DNA of 64,000 bases from an uncultured Oscillospiraceae bacterium. GTDB lineage: Bacteria > Bacillota > Clostridia > Oscillospirales > Oscillospiraceae. The translations under genes and the position numbers were made by a program. The notes under the pieces are model-generated. The model was not told the origin of the DNA. It worked only from the letters and a program-made list of their open reading frames with translations, and ran no database searches. This document shows positions 28,151-37,454 of this stretch, in pieces (position 1 is the stretch's first letter; each line of letters starts with the position of its first letter). The stretch is taken from assembly GCA_944385885.1 (NCBI GenBank), contig CALWYY010000095.1, positions 10,634 to 74,633 of the forward strand. The letters run 5' to 3'.

Positions 28151-30340
28151 TTATTCTTCGTCCTCGTCCACGGGCAGAGCACCGGTAGCGGTACCGTCGG
28201 AGGATACCTCATACACCAGGGCGTCCCCCTGGGGCTCGGCCGGTCTCTCTTCCTCCCGGCGCGGCGCCGGGGCCGGCTCGGACAGAGCGCGGATGGACAG
28301 AGAAATCTTCTGCTTTTCGTTGTCGATGTTGGTGATCTTTGCCTCTACCACGTCCCCCACAGTGAGGACCTCGGAGGGCTGGCCGATCCGGCGGTTGGCA
28401 ATCTGGGAGATGTGGATCAGGCCGTCCGCCCCGGGCAGGACCTCCGCAAAGGCGCCAAAGGGCATGAGCTTGACGATCTTCACCTTGGCCACGTCGCCCA
28501 CGGAATAGGTGCTGGTAAAGCGGTTCCAGGGGTTATCGGCGGGATCCCGGTGGCCTAGGGAGATCTTGCGGTTCTCCCGGTCAAAGCTAATGACGTAAAC
28601 GTCAATCTTATCGCCCACGTTCAGCACATCGGCGGGCTTGCTGATCCGGTTCCAGCTGATCTCGGAGACGTGCACCATGCCGTCGATGCCGCCGATATCC
28701 ACGAACGCGCCGTAAGACGTCATGGATTTCACCACGCCCTCGTAGTGCTTGCCCACCTCGATCTCGTTCCAGATCTTCTCGGCACGCTCCTTCCGCTCCC
28801 GGTTGGCCACAGCCCGGATGGAACCCACCACCCGGCGGCGGCCGCGGTTAACCTCTGTAATTTTCAGGCGCACGGTCTGCCCTACCAGCTCGCTCATGGC
28901 CGCGTCACGGGGCAGGCCGGTCTGGGACGCCGGTACGAACACCCGCACGCCCTTGATGCTCACTACTACGCCGCCCTTGTTCTCCTCGGTGACCTTGCCT
29001 TCCACCACGGTTCCCTCGGCCTCGGCGCTCTCAATGTCCGCCCAGGACTTGATGGAGTCCAGCCGCTTCTTGGAGAGCATGACCGTGCCCTCCACGTCGT
29101 TTACCCGAACTACGCAGGCTTCAATCTTGTCACCCAGGTGGACTACATCCTCCACCTTAGCGGTGCCATCGTCCGTGAATTCTGTAACAGGGATGTAGCC
29201 GGAGTGCTTGGTCCCCAGATCCACAGTGACCTCTGTGGGAGTAATGGCTACCACGTAACCGGAGACGGTGTCGCCGTTGTATATGGTCCTGATGGAATCC
29301 TCCAACAGTTCATCAAACGTCTTCTCCGAGTCGGGCTTTTCCGCCGCAGGCTCTGCCGTTGTCTCTGCCGCGGGCTCCGCAGCCTCTACTGCAGGTTCCG
29401 CCACGGCCTCCACCGCGGGCTCGGCTTCCACAGGTGTGACCTCTTCAGCCACGGTCGCAGCGACTTCCTCTGCTGTGGTTTCCTGGACCTTGATCTCGTC
29501 GCTCATTGTTTTTACTACCTCCTTTATGATCCACGGCGGCACCGAAGCGCCGGCGGTGATGCCAATAAAACGCGCACCCTCCAGCGCACGGACGTCCAGC
29601 CCGGATGCGTTTTCCACGAACTGCACCGCACCGCAATTCTCACGGCACAGCTGCGCCAGATGGTTGCTGTTGGCGCTGTGCGCCCCGCCGATGACCACCA
29701 TCTGGTCGCACAGGCAGGAAACGCGTATGGCTTCCGCCTGCCTTTCAGACGTTGCTCCGCATATAGTATCAAATATTTCTGCGTTTGTACATCTTTTTTT
29801 TATTAAATTTACGATTTGTACAAGATTTCTGCGCATATATGTGGTCTGAAACACCACGGTAAGGGCCTTGTCAGACCGGCTGGGATCTCCGTCCAGCCAG
29901 CCGGCGACCTCTTCTGCGTCCGCCAGCACCACCGAATCCCGGCACCAGCCGCAGATCCCCCGCACCTCCGGGTGGTTGCCGTCGCCGATGACCATCGGCG
30001 TCCGGCCCTGTTCCCAGGCCTGGCGTACCAGCCGGTGGATGTGCAGCACCCGGGGGCAGGTGGCGTCAATAATCTCTGCGCCCCGGGCCCGAAGCATTTC
30101 ATACACCGCCTCCGGGATGCCGTGGGACCGGATCACCACCCGGGCCCCGGGCGGCACCTCCTCCGGTTCATAGGCCACCTGCAGTCCTTCCCGGACCAGC
30201 GGTTCCACCGCATCCCGGTTATGTATCAGCTCTCCCAGGCACCAGCACGGCCCGTCCTCCAGCGCCTTCCGGGCTAAGCGTACGGACCGCTCTACCCCAA
30301 AGCAAAACCCCGCGCTTTTGGCTACCAGATACTTGGTCAT
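28151..30340 (-). CDS. ispH: Bifunctional 4-hydroxy-3-methylbut-2-enyl diphosphate reductase / ribosomal protein S1-repeat fusion
   Basis: 729 aa. N-terminal LytB/IspH (GFCFGVERSV, IDATCPRV). Ala/Glu/Pro-rich linker (AEPAVEAVAEPAVEAAEPAAE). Then four S1 repeats (e.g. YGAFVDIGGIDGMVHVSEIS, FGAFAEVLPGADGLIHISQIA). Confidence 0.9.
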   Translation of the reverse strand: MTKYLVAKSAGFCFGVERSVRLARKALEDGPCWCLGELIHNRDAVEPLVREGLQVAYEPEEVPPGARVVIRSHGIPEAVYEMLRARGAEIIDATCPRVLHIHRLVRQAWEQGRTPMVIGDGNHPEVRGICGWCRDSVVLADAEEVAGWLDGDPSRSDKALTVVFQTTYMRRNLVQIVNLIKKRCTNAEIFDTICGATSERQAEAIRVSCLCDQMVVIGGAHSANSNHLAQLCRENCGAVQFVENASGLDVRALEGARFIGITAGASVPPWIIKEVVKTMSDEIKVQETTAEEVAATVAEEVTPVEAEPAVEAVAEPAVEAAEPAAETTAEPAAEKPDSEKTFDELLEDSIRTIYNGDTVSGYVVAITPTEVTVDLGTKHSGYIPVTEFTDDGTAKVEDVVHLGDKIEACVVRVNDVEGTVMLSKKRLDSIKSWADIESAEAEGTVVEGKVTEENKGGVVVSIKGVRVFVPASQTGLPRDAAMSELVGQTVRLKITEVNRGRRRVVGSIRAVANRERKERAEKIWNEIEVGKHYEGVVKSMTSYGAFVDIGGIDGMVHVSEISWNRISKPADVLNVGDKIDVYVISFDRENRKISLGHRDPADNPWNRFTSTYSVGDVAKVKIVKLMPFGAFAEVLPGADGLIHISQIANRRIGQPSEVLTVGDVVEAKITNIDNEKQKISLSIRALSEPAPAPRREEERPAEPQGDALVYEVSSDGTATGALPVDEDEE

Positions 30341-30924
30341 CCCGGCCTCTTTCCCAGCGCCCAGATGCGCTCCATCAGCTCCCGGGCCAGGCGGTCATAG
30401 TCCTCCCGGCTCTCCACCTGCACCGTATAGGGTTTCCCAAAAACCACGTCAACGCGCTGAAAGACCTTCTTGTCCCGGGGCAGGTACACCGGCAGAATGG
30501 GCACACCCAGCTTGGCCGCCAAGTGGATAGCCCCGCTTTTTGGTTCCACCATGGCGCTGCCGTGGACCCGTGTCCCCTCCGGGAACAGGATGATCTTCTC
30601 CCCTGCCCGCAGGGCTTTCATGCACTGGCGCAGGGAATCGATGTCCCTCTCCCCCCTGTGCACAAATACCGACCCCAATTTGTGCATGGCCCAGCCTACC
30701 ACCGGCACACGCCGCAGCTCTGCCTTGGCCATATGCCGCACGAAGGTGTTTCGTCCCAGGCCGAAGGAAATCAAAATCGGGTCTGTCCCGTTGGAATGGT
30801 TGGCACAGAGGATTACCGGCCCCTCCGGCACGTTTTCCCGGCCATAATTCCTCTGGGGGAAAAACAGCCAGCCTACCGGGCGCAGGATGCAATAAAAAAT
30901 TTTATACCAGGTACCCGTCTTCAT
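30337..30924 (-). CDS. plsC: 1-acyl-sn-glycerol-3-phosphate acyltransferase
   Basis: 195 aa. HX4D motif (NHSNGTD) and FPEGTR. Confidence 0.85.
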   Translation of the reverse strand: MKTGTWYKIFYCILRPVGWLFFPQRNYGRENVPEGPVILCANHSNGTDPILISFGLGRNTFVRHMAKAELRRVPVVGWAMHKLGSVFVHRGERDIDSLRQCMKALRAGEKIILFPEGTRVHGSAMVEPKSGAIHLAAKLGVPILPVYLPRDKKVFQRVDVVFGKPYTVQVESREDYDRLARELMERIWALGKRPG

Positions 30925-31601
30925 AATCCAAATTTCTCCTCCACCAGGCGGGCCACAGCCTCACAGCTGGCCTGGAAATCCAGAGCCGACGTGTCCAGGA
31001 TAACCGCATCCTCTGCCGGGCGCAGGGGGGCGGCAGACCGGCTGCTGTCGTTCTCATCCCGGTATTGAATGTCCCGAAATACCTCCTCCAGCGTGACGCC
31101 GGTCCCCTTCTCCCGCAGTTCCCGAAACCGGCGCTCTGCCCGGACCTCCGGCGCGGCGGTGAGAAACACCTTCAGCCCCGCCGAGGGCAGCACTACCGTG
31201 CCAATGTCCCGGCCGTCCATGACCACGTCGTAGCGCCGGGCCATGTCCCGCTGCATGTCCATGAGAAACGCCCGTACCGCCGGGATAGCGGATACGTCCG
31301 AGGCATACAGGGAGATTTCCGGCTGGCGGATCTGCTCAGTCACGTCCTCCCCGTTTAGATACATCCGCTGCAGGCCGTCTGTCCCGTGGCGCAGAGCGAT
31401 ATCCAATTCCGGCAGCATGGACGCCACCCGTTCCCTATCCCGGGGCGGGACGCCCCGCCGCCAGGCAGCCAGGCCCACCGTGCGGTATATGGCCCCTGTA
31501 TCTACGTATACAAAGCCAAACCGCCGGGCAATGGCCCGGGCAATGGTGCTCTTGCCCGCTCCGGAAGGCCCGTCCAGGGCCACGGAGATGCGCTCTTCCA
31601 T
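30921..31601 (-). CDS. cmk: Cytidylate kinase
   Basis: [20 protein letters not shown]-terminus. Start at the internal Met (31601). Confidence 0.93.
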   Translation of the reverse strand: MEERISVALDGPSGAGKSTIARAIARRFGFVYVDTGAIYRTVGLAAWRRGVPPRDRERVASMLPELDIALRHGTDGLQRMYLNGEDVTEQIRQPEISLYASDVSAIPAVRAFLMDMQRDMARRYDVVMDGRDIGTVVLPSAGLKVFLTAAPEVRAERRFRELREKGTGVTLEEVFRDIQYRDENDSSRSAAPLRPAEDAVILDTSALDFQASCEAVARLVEEKFGL

Positions 31602-31605
31602 GTCT

Positions 31606-32829
31606 CTATCCCTCCGATACAATGGAGCGGACGGCAGCATTGGCCGTGCTCCAGGCAATCTGCAGATTGTATCCCCCTGTACAGGCATCCAAGTCCAGGA
31701 TCTCGCCGGCAAAATACAGCACCGGCACCAGCCGGGACGCCATGGTCCGGGGATCCACCTGCCCCACGTCTACGCCGCCGGCGGTGATGATAGCCTCCTC
31801 CAGGGGCCGCAGACCCGTAATCGCCACGGAAAACCTCTTGATGGCCTCCCCCAGGCAGCGGCGCTGGGTCCGGGTAATCCCGTTGACCGGGGTTTCCCCT
31901 GGAATTCCGGAGCGGCTCACCACCACGGGGATCAGCTTTTGCGGCAAAAGGTCGTCCAGGGCATTTCGGAAATACCGGTTTTTGTTCCGGCCAAAGTCCC
32001 GCAGGATCCTCTCGTCCAGTTTCTCCGCCGTCAGGCCCGGCTTCAGGTCCACCTCACCCCGGCAGCCGGAGGCGTCTCCACCCAGGCAGGCGCTGGCAGA
32101 CAGGGTCAGCGGGCCGGACAGGCCGAAATGGGTAAACAGCAGCTCCCCCAGCTCCCGGAATAGGAGCCGTTCTCCACGGTACACAGACAGGGTCACATTC
32201 CGCAGGGACAAGCCTTGGAGCTGCCGGCATACCTCCTCCCCTTCCAGAGGTACCAGGGAGGCCCTGGGCGGCACAATCCGGTGCCCCAGGGCGGCTGCTA
32301 TCCGGTATCCGTCCCCGGTGGAGCCGGTGGCCGGATAGGACAGCCCCCCCGTACACAGTACCGCCGCCCGGCAGGGCAACAGCCCCTCCGCCGTCTCAAC
32401 CCCCGTCACGCCCGCCTGGTTTTGAGCGACCGCCAGCGCCCGGCGGCAAAGAAACCGCACGCCGCCCTCCCGCGCCCACCGCTCCAGGGCGTCGGCCACA
32501 TCGTCCGCCCGGTCGGATACAGGGAAAACCCGGTTGCCCCTCTCCGTCTTAAGGGGCACTCCCAGGCTTTCAAAAAATGCCGTCGTCGCTGAAGGCGGAA
32601 ACGCGTACAACGCGCTTTTGAGGAACTTCGGGTTCCGCATCACCCCGTCAAGAAATTCCCGGGGCTCGCAGGCGTTGGTCACGTTGCACCGGCCCTTGCC
32701 GGTGATCCGCAGTTTCCGGCCCGTGCGCATATTGGGTTCCAGCACCGTAACCGCCAGCCCCCGGCCAGCCAGCCCCGCCGCGCACATCAGTCCGGCGGCC
32801 CCGCCGCCGATTACGATCACGTCATCCAT
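31606..32829 (-). CDS. HI0933/YhiN-like FAD-dependent flavoprotein (aminoacetone-oxidase family)
   Basis: MDDVIVIGGGAAGLMCA dinucleotide fold and C-terminal FAGEILD...TGGYNLQ. Start at the internal Met, overlapping the rpiR-type stop by 8 nt. Confidence 0.85.
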   Translation of the reverse strand: MDDVIVIGGGAAGLMCAAGLAGRGLAVTVLEPNMRTGRKLRITGKGRCNVTNACEPREFLDGVMRNPKFLKSALYAFPPSATTAFFESLGVPLKTERGNRVFPVSDRADDVADALERWAREGGVRFLCRRALAVAQNQAGVTGVETAEGLLPCRAAVLCTGGLSYPATGSTGDGYRIAAALGHRIVPPRASLVPLEGEEVCRQLQGLSLRNVTLSVYRGERLLFRELGELLFTHFGLSGPLTLSASACLGGDASGCRGEVDLKPGLTAEKLDERILRDFGRNKNRYFRNALDDLLPQKLIPVVVSRSGIPGETPVNGITRTQRRCLGEAIKRFSVAITGLRPLEEAIITAGGVDVGQVDPRTMASRLVPVLYFAGEILDLDACTGGYNLQIAWSTANAAVRSIVSEG

Positions 32830-33685
32830 CCAGCTTCTCGTAAACCTCGTACTCGCTCCAAATCCCCTCCAGCCGGCGGAAGGTGTCCGACAGGTTGTCC
32901 GGCCGCTGGTAGCCAATCGCCACAATCAGAGCGTTGATCAGGCTCATGGGCGCCACCAGGGAGTCCAGAAAGGATACCATGTCGCTCTTGGCAAAGAGAT
33001 TGATATCCGCCACCCCCACAAAGGGAGAGGAGGCGCCGTCGGTAATGCCGATGGCAGTGGCACCGGTGGATTTGGCAAACTGCATGGCCTTAATGGTGCG
33101 GGAGGAGTAGCGGGGATAGCTGATGCCAATGAATACATCCCCCTCGTGGATGCGGAACACCTGCTCGTATACCTCGCTTACGGAGGTGTCATGGATCAGG
33201 CGCACGTTATCCAGCAGCAGGTTCAAATAAAATCCCATAAAGCTGGCCAGGGCCGTGGAACTGCGCATGCCCACGATGTAAATGGTTTCCGCCTTCAAAA
33301 TGGCCTCCACCGCCCGGTCAAAATCCGCCTTGTCCAGATCCTCAATGGTGCTGCGGAGCTTCTCCATGTCCGCCGACAGCACTGCCTCCAAAAGATTCCG
33401 CCGGTCGATCTGCTCCCGGGCCACCTCAATCCGCTGCACCGCCGTCAGGCGGTTGCGGATCATCTCCTGCATGGCCTTGCGCATGCCAGGATACCCGTCG
33501 TACCCCAGCTCTGAGGCAAACCGCACCACCGTGGACTCCGATACGCCCACCGTCTTGCCCAGCTTGCCAGCGGTCATAAACGCCGCTTTATCGTAATTTT
33601 CCCGAATATATCGGGAGATCAAACGCTGTCCCTTGGAAAACTTCTTGTCTTCCCGGCCAATCAGGGAAAGTATGTCTCGTTCCAT
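32822..33685 (-). CDS. MurR/RpiR family transcriptional regulator
   Basis: 287 aa. N-terminal HTH (AGKLGKTVGVSESTVVRFA) plus a SIS sugar-phosphate binding domain. Confidence 0.88.
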   Translation of the reverse strand: MERDILSLIGREDKKFSKGQRLISRYIRENYDKAAFMTAGKLGKTVGVSESTVVRFASELGYDGYPGMRKAMQEMIRNRLTAVQRIEVAREQIDRRNLLEAVLSADMEKLRSTIEDLDKADFDRAVEAILKAETIYIVGMRSSTALASFMGFYLNLLLDNVRLIHDTSVSEVYEQVFRIHEGDVFIGISYPRYSSRTIKAMQFAKSTGATAIGITDGASSPFVGVADINLFAKSDMVSFLDSLVAPMSLINALIVAIGYQRPDNLSDTFRRLEGIWSEYEVYEKLDG

Positions 33686-33783
33686 GTTTCTACTCCTGCA
33701 TAAAATCTTTTCTGGGTTGCAGAAGGCTCCCCCGAGAGTACAATTTTACCCGTATTTTACCGCAAATGCAAGAAAAAAATGCA

Positions 33784-33795
33784 ATTTTATAAAAT
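33784..33795. promoter_or_regulatory. Perfect 12-bp palindrome ATTTTATAAAAT flanked by AAATGC(A/G) repeats (candidate operator)
   Basis: Seen directly. The palindrome sits in the AT-rich region upstream of the RpiR-type gene. AAATGCA occurs at 33764 and 33777, AAATGCG at 33805. Confidence 0.25.
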
Positions 33796-33815
33796 AAATC
33801 CTGCAAATGCGAAAG

Positions 33816-34520
33816 TCAGATTTTGTGCAGATAGTCAATTTCTTCCGACGTCAGGTACCGCCATTCTCCCGGGGGCAGATGGCCCAGGCGAAGCTTTCCC
33901 TGGCGGACGCGCACCAGCCGGCGAACCGACAGCCCAACAGCTGAACACATATTGCGTACCTGGCGGTTCTTTCCCTGGCTGATGGTCACGGCCAGCTTTC
34001 CCCCGCCCTCTGTCCGGGATAGCACCTCCACCCCAGCAGGGTGGTAGGAGACCCCTTCCCAGTGCAGAGGATGGCGCAGCCGCTCCGCCCCCGCCTCCAG
34101 GTCCCGGCCTGTGACCCACACGTGATATGTTTTCTCCACCCCGTGGGAGGGGTGTGCCAAGCGGTTTGCCGTGGGCCCGTCGTTGGTGAGGATCAGAAGC
34201 CCCTCCGAGTCCCAGTCCAGCCGCCCCACAGGGAACAGCCGGCACCCGGCGTCCTTTACCAGGTCGGCCACCGTGGGCCGGCCTTTCTCGTCCCGCAGGG
34301 TGGTGACATATCCCCGGGGCTTGTGCAGCATGATGTATGTATACTCCTCCAGCAGGCGGACGGGCCGCCCATCCAGGCAGACCTCGTCCGCCGGGCTCCC
34401 CACGCTCATGCCCAGCTCCGCCTTCCGTCCATTGAGAGTAACGCGTCCCTGGGCAATCCAGCGCTCCGCCTCCCGCCGGGAACAGAGCCCTGCCGCTGCA
34501 ATATACTGCTGCAAACACAT
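33816..34520 (-). CDS. rluB: Pseudouridine synthase, RsuA/RluB family
   Basis: 234 aa. S4 domain (AAAGLCSRREAERWIAQGRVTLNG) and catalytic PVGRLDWDSEGLLILTNDG. Confidence 0.88.
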   Translation of the reverse strand: MCLQQYIAAAGLCSRREAERWIAQGRVTLNGRKAELGMSVGSPADEVCLDGRPVRLLEEYTYIMLHKPRGYVTTLRDEKGRPTVADLVKDAGCRLFPVGRLDWDSEGLLILTNDGPTANRLAHPSHGVEKTYHVWVTGRDLEAGAERLRHPLHWEGVSYHPAGVEVLSRTEGGGKLAVTISQGKNRQVRNMCSAVGLSVRRLVRVRQGKLRLGHLPPGEWRYLTSEEIDYLHKI

Positions 34521-34550
34521 CTGGCTTCTCCCTTCCGGCCGCTTGTCCTG

Positions 34551-35672
34551 TCAAACGCAATAGATATCCACGGCACGCCGTTCCGGGCAGACCGGAAACG
34601 CCCGCCACAACACGGTCATCCGCGCTACGTTCTGGGCCCACACCAGCGGGTATTCCCGTCCCGGGGCCCCGGTGCCGGGAAAACGCACTGTTCCGGCCGG
34701 CCCGCCCTGGGCCACCGCCGCAAATACAAACCGCGGCAGCGCCAATTCCGGCTCAGCCTCTCTTCCCACCGGCAGGCATAGGCTTACTTCCTCCTGCAAG
34801 GCCGCCCCCGCCTGGGTGTCAGCGCCAGACACCACCGGCACTTGGGCCAGCACCGTCCCGGCCGGGTACCGTACGCACCGGTACTCGCCATAGGCCCAGT
34901 CGTACAGTGCCGCGTGGTCCTGCCAGTCGTCCGGATCGGAGAGCGTTACGCAGATCAGCTCCAGCCCATCCCGGCTGCAGGTACTTACCAGACACCGTCC
35001 GGCAGCTTTGGTGTATCCAGTCTTTCCGCCGTTTACCCCCGCACATTCGCCCAGCAGGCGGTTGTGGTTGGAGTAGGTCTGGCCGTGGACCGTGGCGCTT
35101 TGGGCCGCTGTGATCTCTCGGAACGTCTCGTTTTCCATCGCGGCGGCCATGATGACCGCCAGGTCCCGGGCAGTGGAGTAGTGCTCCTGCCCATCCAATC
35201 CGTGGGGGTTTTCAAAATGGGTGTTCGTCAGACCCAGTGCGCGGGCCTTCTCGTTCATCCGCTCCACAAAAGCCCCCTCATCCCACGCTGCCAGGTGCGC
35301 TACCGCCACAGCTCCATCGTTGCCCGAGGCCAGAAGCAGGCCGTACAGCAGCTCTCGCAGCGTGTACGTCTCCCCCGCCTGCAGGTACATGGAAGAGCCC
35401 TCCACAGCCGTCCAGGCCGGGTCTATGATTACCGTGTCCTCTGGCTCCGCCAGTTCCAGCGCTGTCAGCGCCGTCATAATCTTGGTCGTGCTGGCAATCA
35501 GGCAGCGGCTGTCCGCGTTTTTTTCCGCTAAAACTGTTCCGCTCTCCCCATGCACCAGAATCATGGAGACCGCCGAGTTCTCAGGGACCTCCTGCGCTGC
35601 CTGCGCAGGCAGCGCCATTCCAGATACCGCCGCGGTAATGGCCAGCATCAGGGCCAGTATTCGTTTTCCCAA
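34551..35672 (-). CDS. dacB: D-alanyl-D-alanine carboxypeptidase (PBP5/DacB type)
   Basis: 373 aa. Signal peptide. SxxK (ASTTK), SxN (SGN), KTG (KTGYT). Confidence 0.88.
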   Translation of the reverse strand: MGKRILALMLAITAAVSGMALPAQAAQEVPENSAVSMILVHGESGTVLAEKNADSRCLIASTTKIMTALTALELAEPEDTVIIDPAWTAVEGSSMYLQAGETYTLRELLYGLLLASGNDGAVAVAHLAAWDEGAFVERMNEKARALGLTNTHFENPHGLDGQEHYSTARDLAVIMAAAMENETFREITAAQSATVHGQTYSNHNRLLGECAGVNGGKTGYTKAAGRCLVSTCSRDGLELICVTLSDPDDWQDHAALYDWAYGEYRCVRYPAGTVLAQVPVVSGADTQAGAALQEEVSLCLPVGREAEPELALPRFVFAAVAQGGPAGTVRFPGTGAPGREYPLVWAQNVARMTVLWRAFPVCPERRAVDIYCV

Positions 35673-35734
35673 AAATAAGCACCACCCTTATGGTTTGTCG
35701 GGCGGTGCTTATTATTGCCTGGGCAGCGGGCAGA

Positions 35735-36115
35735 TTATACCTTTTCGGTTTTGTTCTTGTTCAGCATGGACTCGATCTTGTCCAGAACATCCGGCACCAT
35801 TTCTACCACCCGGTCGATGGTGGTGCCAGGAGGCGGCGCCACACTGATCATGCGGCAGGCTCCGTCCTTGACCACCAGAAAACCAATGGGCTCTACCTTC
35901 ACTCCTGCGCCGTTGCCGCCGGTAAATTTCACGCCCTTTGCCCCGCCGCCCGAGGCGCCGGCCGTGCCGAAACCAAAGCTGATCCGGGATACGGGAATCA
36001 CCGTAATGCCGTCCGGCGTGGTAATGGGGCTGCCGACAATGGTATTGGTGTCAGCCAGCTGCCTGAGCTTGGTCATCGTCACGTCCATGAGTTCGCTGAT
36101 CTTGTTCTCTTCCAT
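35735..36115 (-). CDS. ytfJ: Sporulation protein YtfJ (GerW family)
   Basis: 126 aa. NTIVGSPITTPDGITVIPVSRISFGFG...GGG matches YtfJ end to end. Confidence 0.85.
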   Translation of the reverse strand: MEENKISELMDVTMTKLRQLADTNTIVGSPITTPDGITVIPVSRISFGFGTAGASGGGAKGVKFTGGNGAGVKVEPIGFLVVKDGACRMISVAPPPGTTIDRVVEMVPDVLDKIESMLNKNKTEKV

Positions 36116-36827
36116 CGTCGCTCTTCCTTTCCGCAGCGGCCGGGGACTTTTCCCGGCGGTGCTTTGACTTCCACTGTATAAATTCCCAGGCGAATACGGC
36201 GCCTACGCCTACCAGGCGGCCCAGGCACAGGGAGACGGCAATCCGTCCCTCCATCTCCGGCTTCTCCCCGGTAAAGTCCATCCCGATCTCCACGTCCCTG
36301 TGCCGGACGCGGATCCTATCCCCCGCCAGAGCCGGAAGGGCGGCTATGCCGGCGCACAGCCAGGAGTATGCCACGGCAGTATTATACGGATCTCCCGTGG
36401 CAACCACATACCGCAGTTCCAACCGGTCGATGGTAAAGCTGCGGAAGAAACGGCCCATGGCACGAGTACCCATCTGAGCCAGCGCCAGCAGAAGCTCGGG
36501 ATCCATGGTTTTTTTGGGTTTGACGGCCTGGGTCTGGTCCTTCTGCTTTTTGGCCGCGGCCCGTTCCTTGGCTGCCTTTTTCGCCTCTTTCCGGGCGGCT
36601 CGGGCGGCTTTCCTCCGCTGGGCCCGTTCCAGCTTTTTCCCGGTCAGTTCTTTTTTGGGAAAAACCGGCAGACGCAGCGGCCCGGCTTTCAGCCCCACGC
36701 GCACCTGTCCGCCGGAATAGGCCACATCCACGCCGTACGGCACCGCAAATACCGCCAGGATCACCAACAGAAGAACCGCCAGCAGAATATACAGTACAAC
36801 CAATCGCATCACTCCCCTGTGATTCAC
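36051..36827 (-). CDS. DUF2953-like sporulation-associated membrane protein (YtfI-like)
   Basis: 258 aa. N-terminal TM and Lys/Ala-rich linker. Located immediately upstream of ytfJ, as DUF2953 genes usually are. The 3' end overlaps ytfJ by 65 nt. Confidence 0.6.
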   Translation of the reverse strand: MNHRGVMRLVVLYILLAVLLLVILAVFAVPYGVDVAYSGGQVRVGLKAGPLRLPVFPKKELTGKKLERAQRRKAARAARKEAKKAAKERAAAKKQKDQTQAVKPKKTMDPELLLALAQMGTRAMGRFFRSFTIDRLELRYVVATGDPYNTAVAYSWLCAGIAALPALAGDRIRVRHRDVEIGMDFTGEKPEMEGRIAVSLCLGRLVGVGAVFAWEFIQWKSKHRREKSPAAAERKSDDGREQDQRTHGRDDDQAQAAG

Positions 36828-37453
36828 TCCGTTCCGGAAACGGCCCCTTCTCCTTCCGCCATCTCCCGGATCTCCAGCTGGGCCTCCCGTCCGGAGGCCG
36901 CGTCAATGGCATCCTGCAGCTCCTGCATTCCCTCTCCGGTGGCTACGTCCGGCAGCGGGGGCAGTTCCTTCAAAGATGACAGGCCCATCACCCGCAAAAA
37001 CTGCTCCGTGGTGCCGAACAGCACCGGCCGGCCCGGCGCCTCCAGCCGTCCGCAAGGTGCTATAAGTCCCCTCTGGGACAGAAGGGCAACGGTATAGGAG
37101 CTGTCCGTCCCCCGAAGCTGCTCGATGTACGCCCGGGTCACCGGCTGGTAATACGCCACAATGGACAGCACCTCCAGCGCCGTAGGAGACAGCCTGGGCT
37201 GACTCCCCTTTTCCAGGACCCGCTGGACCGTCTCGCTATGCTCTGGAGCGGTGGCCAGCTGGAGCCGGCCGTCCATCACCGCCAGGCGAAATCCCCGCCG
37301 GCCTTTTTCGTACTCCTCCCGCAGGGCCTCCGCCGCGGCGGATACCCGGGCCGGGTCTTCCCCCAAAACCTGGGCAATGCGTTGTATTTCCACGCTGTCC
37401 CCGGCAGCAAACAGCACCGCCTCCAGGGCGCGGGCAATCTCTTCCAGTTCCAT
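36824..37453 (-). CDS. scpB: Segregation and condensation protein B
   Basis: 209 aa. LEAVLFAAGDSV start and winged-helix repeats. Directly follows scpA. Confidence 0.92.
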   Translation of the reverse strand: MELEEIARALEAVLFAAGDSVEIQRIAQVLGEDPARVSAAAEALREEYEKGRRGFRLAVMDGRLQLATAPEHSETVQRVLEKGSQPRLSPTALEVLSIVAYYQPVTRAYIEQLRGTDSSYTVALLSQRGLIAPCGRLEAPGRPVLFGTTEQFLRVMGLSSLKELPPLPDVATGEGMQELQDAIDAASGREAQLEIREMAEGEGAVSGTE

Positions 37454-37454
37454 A

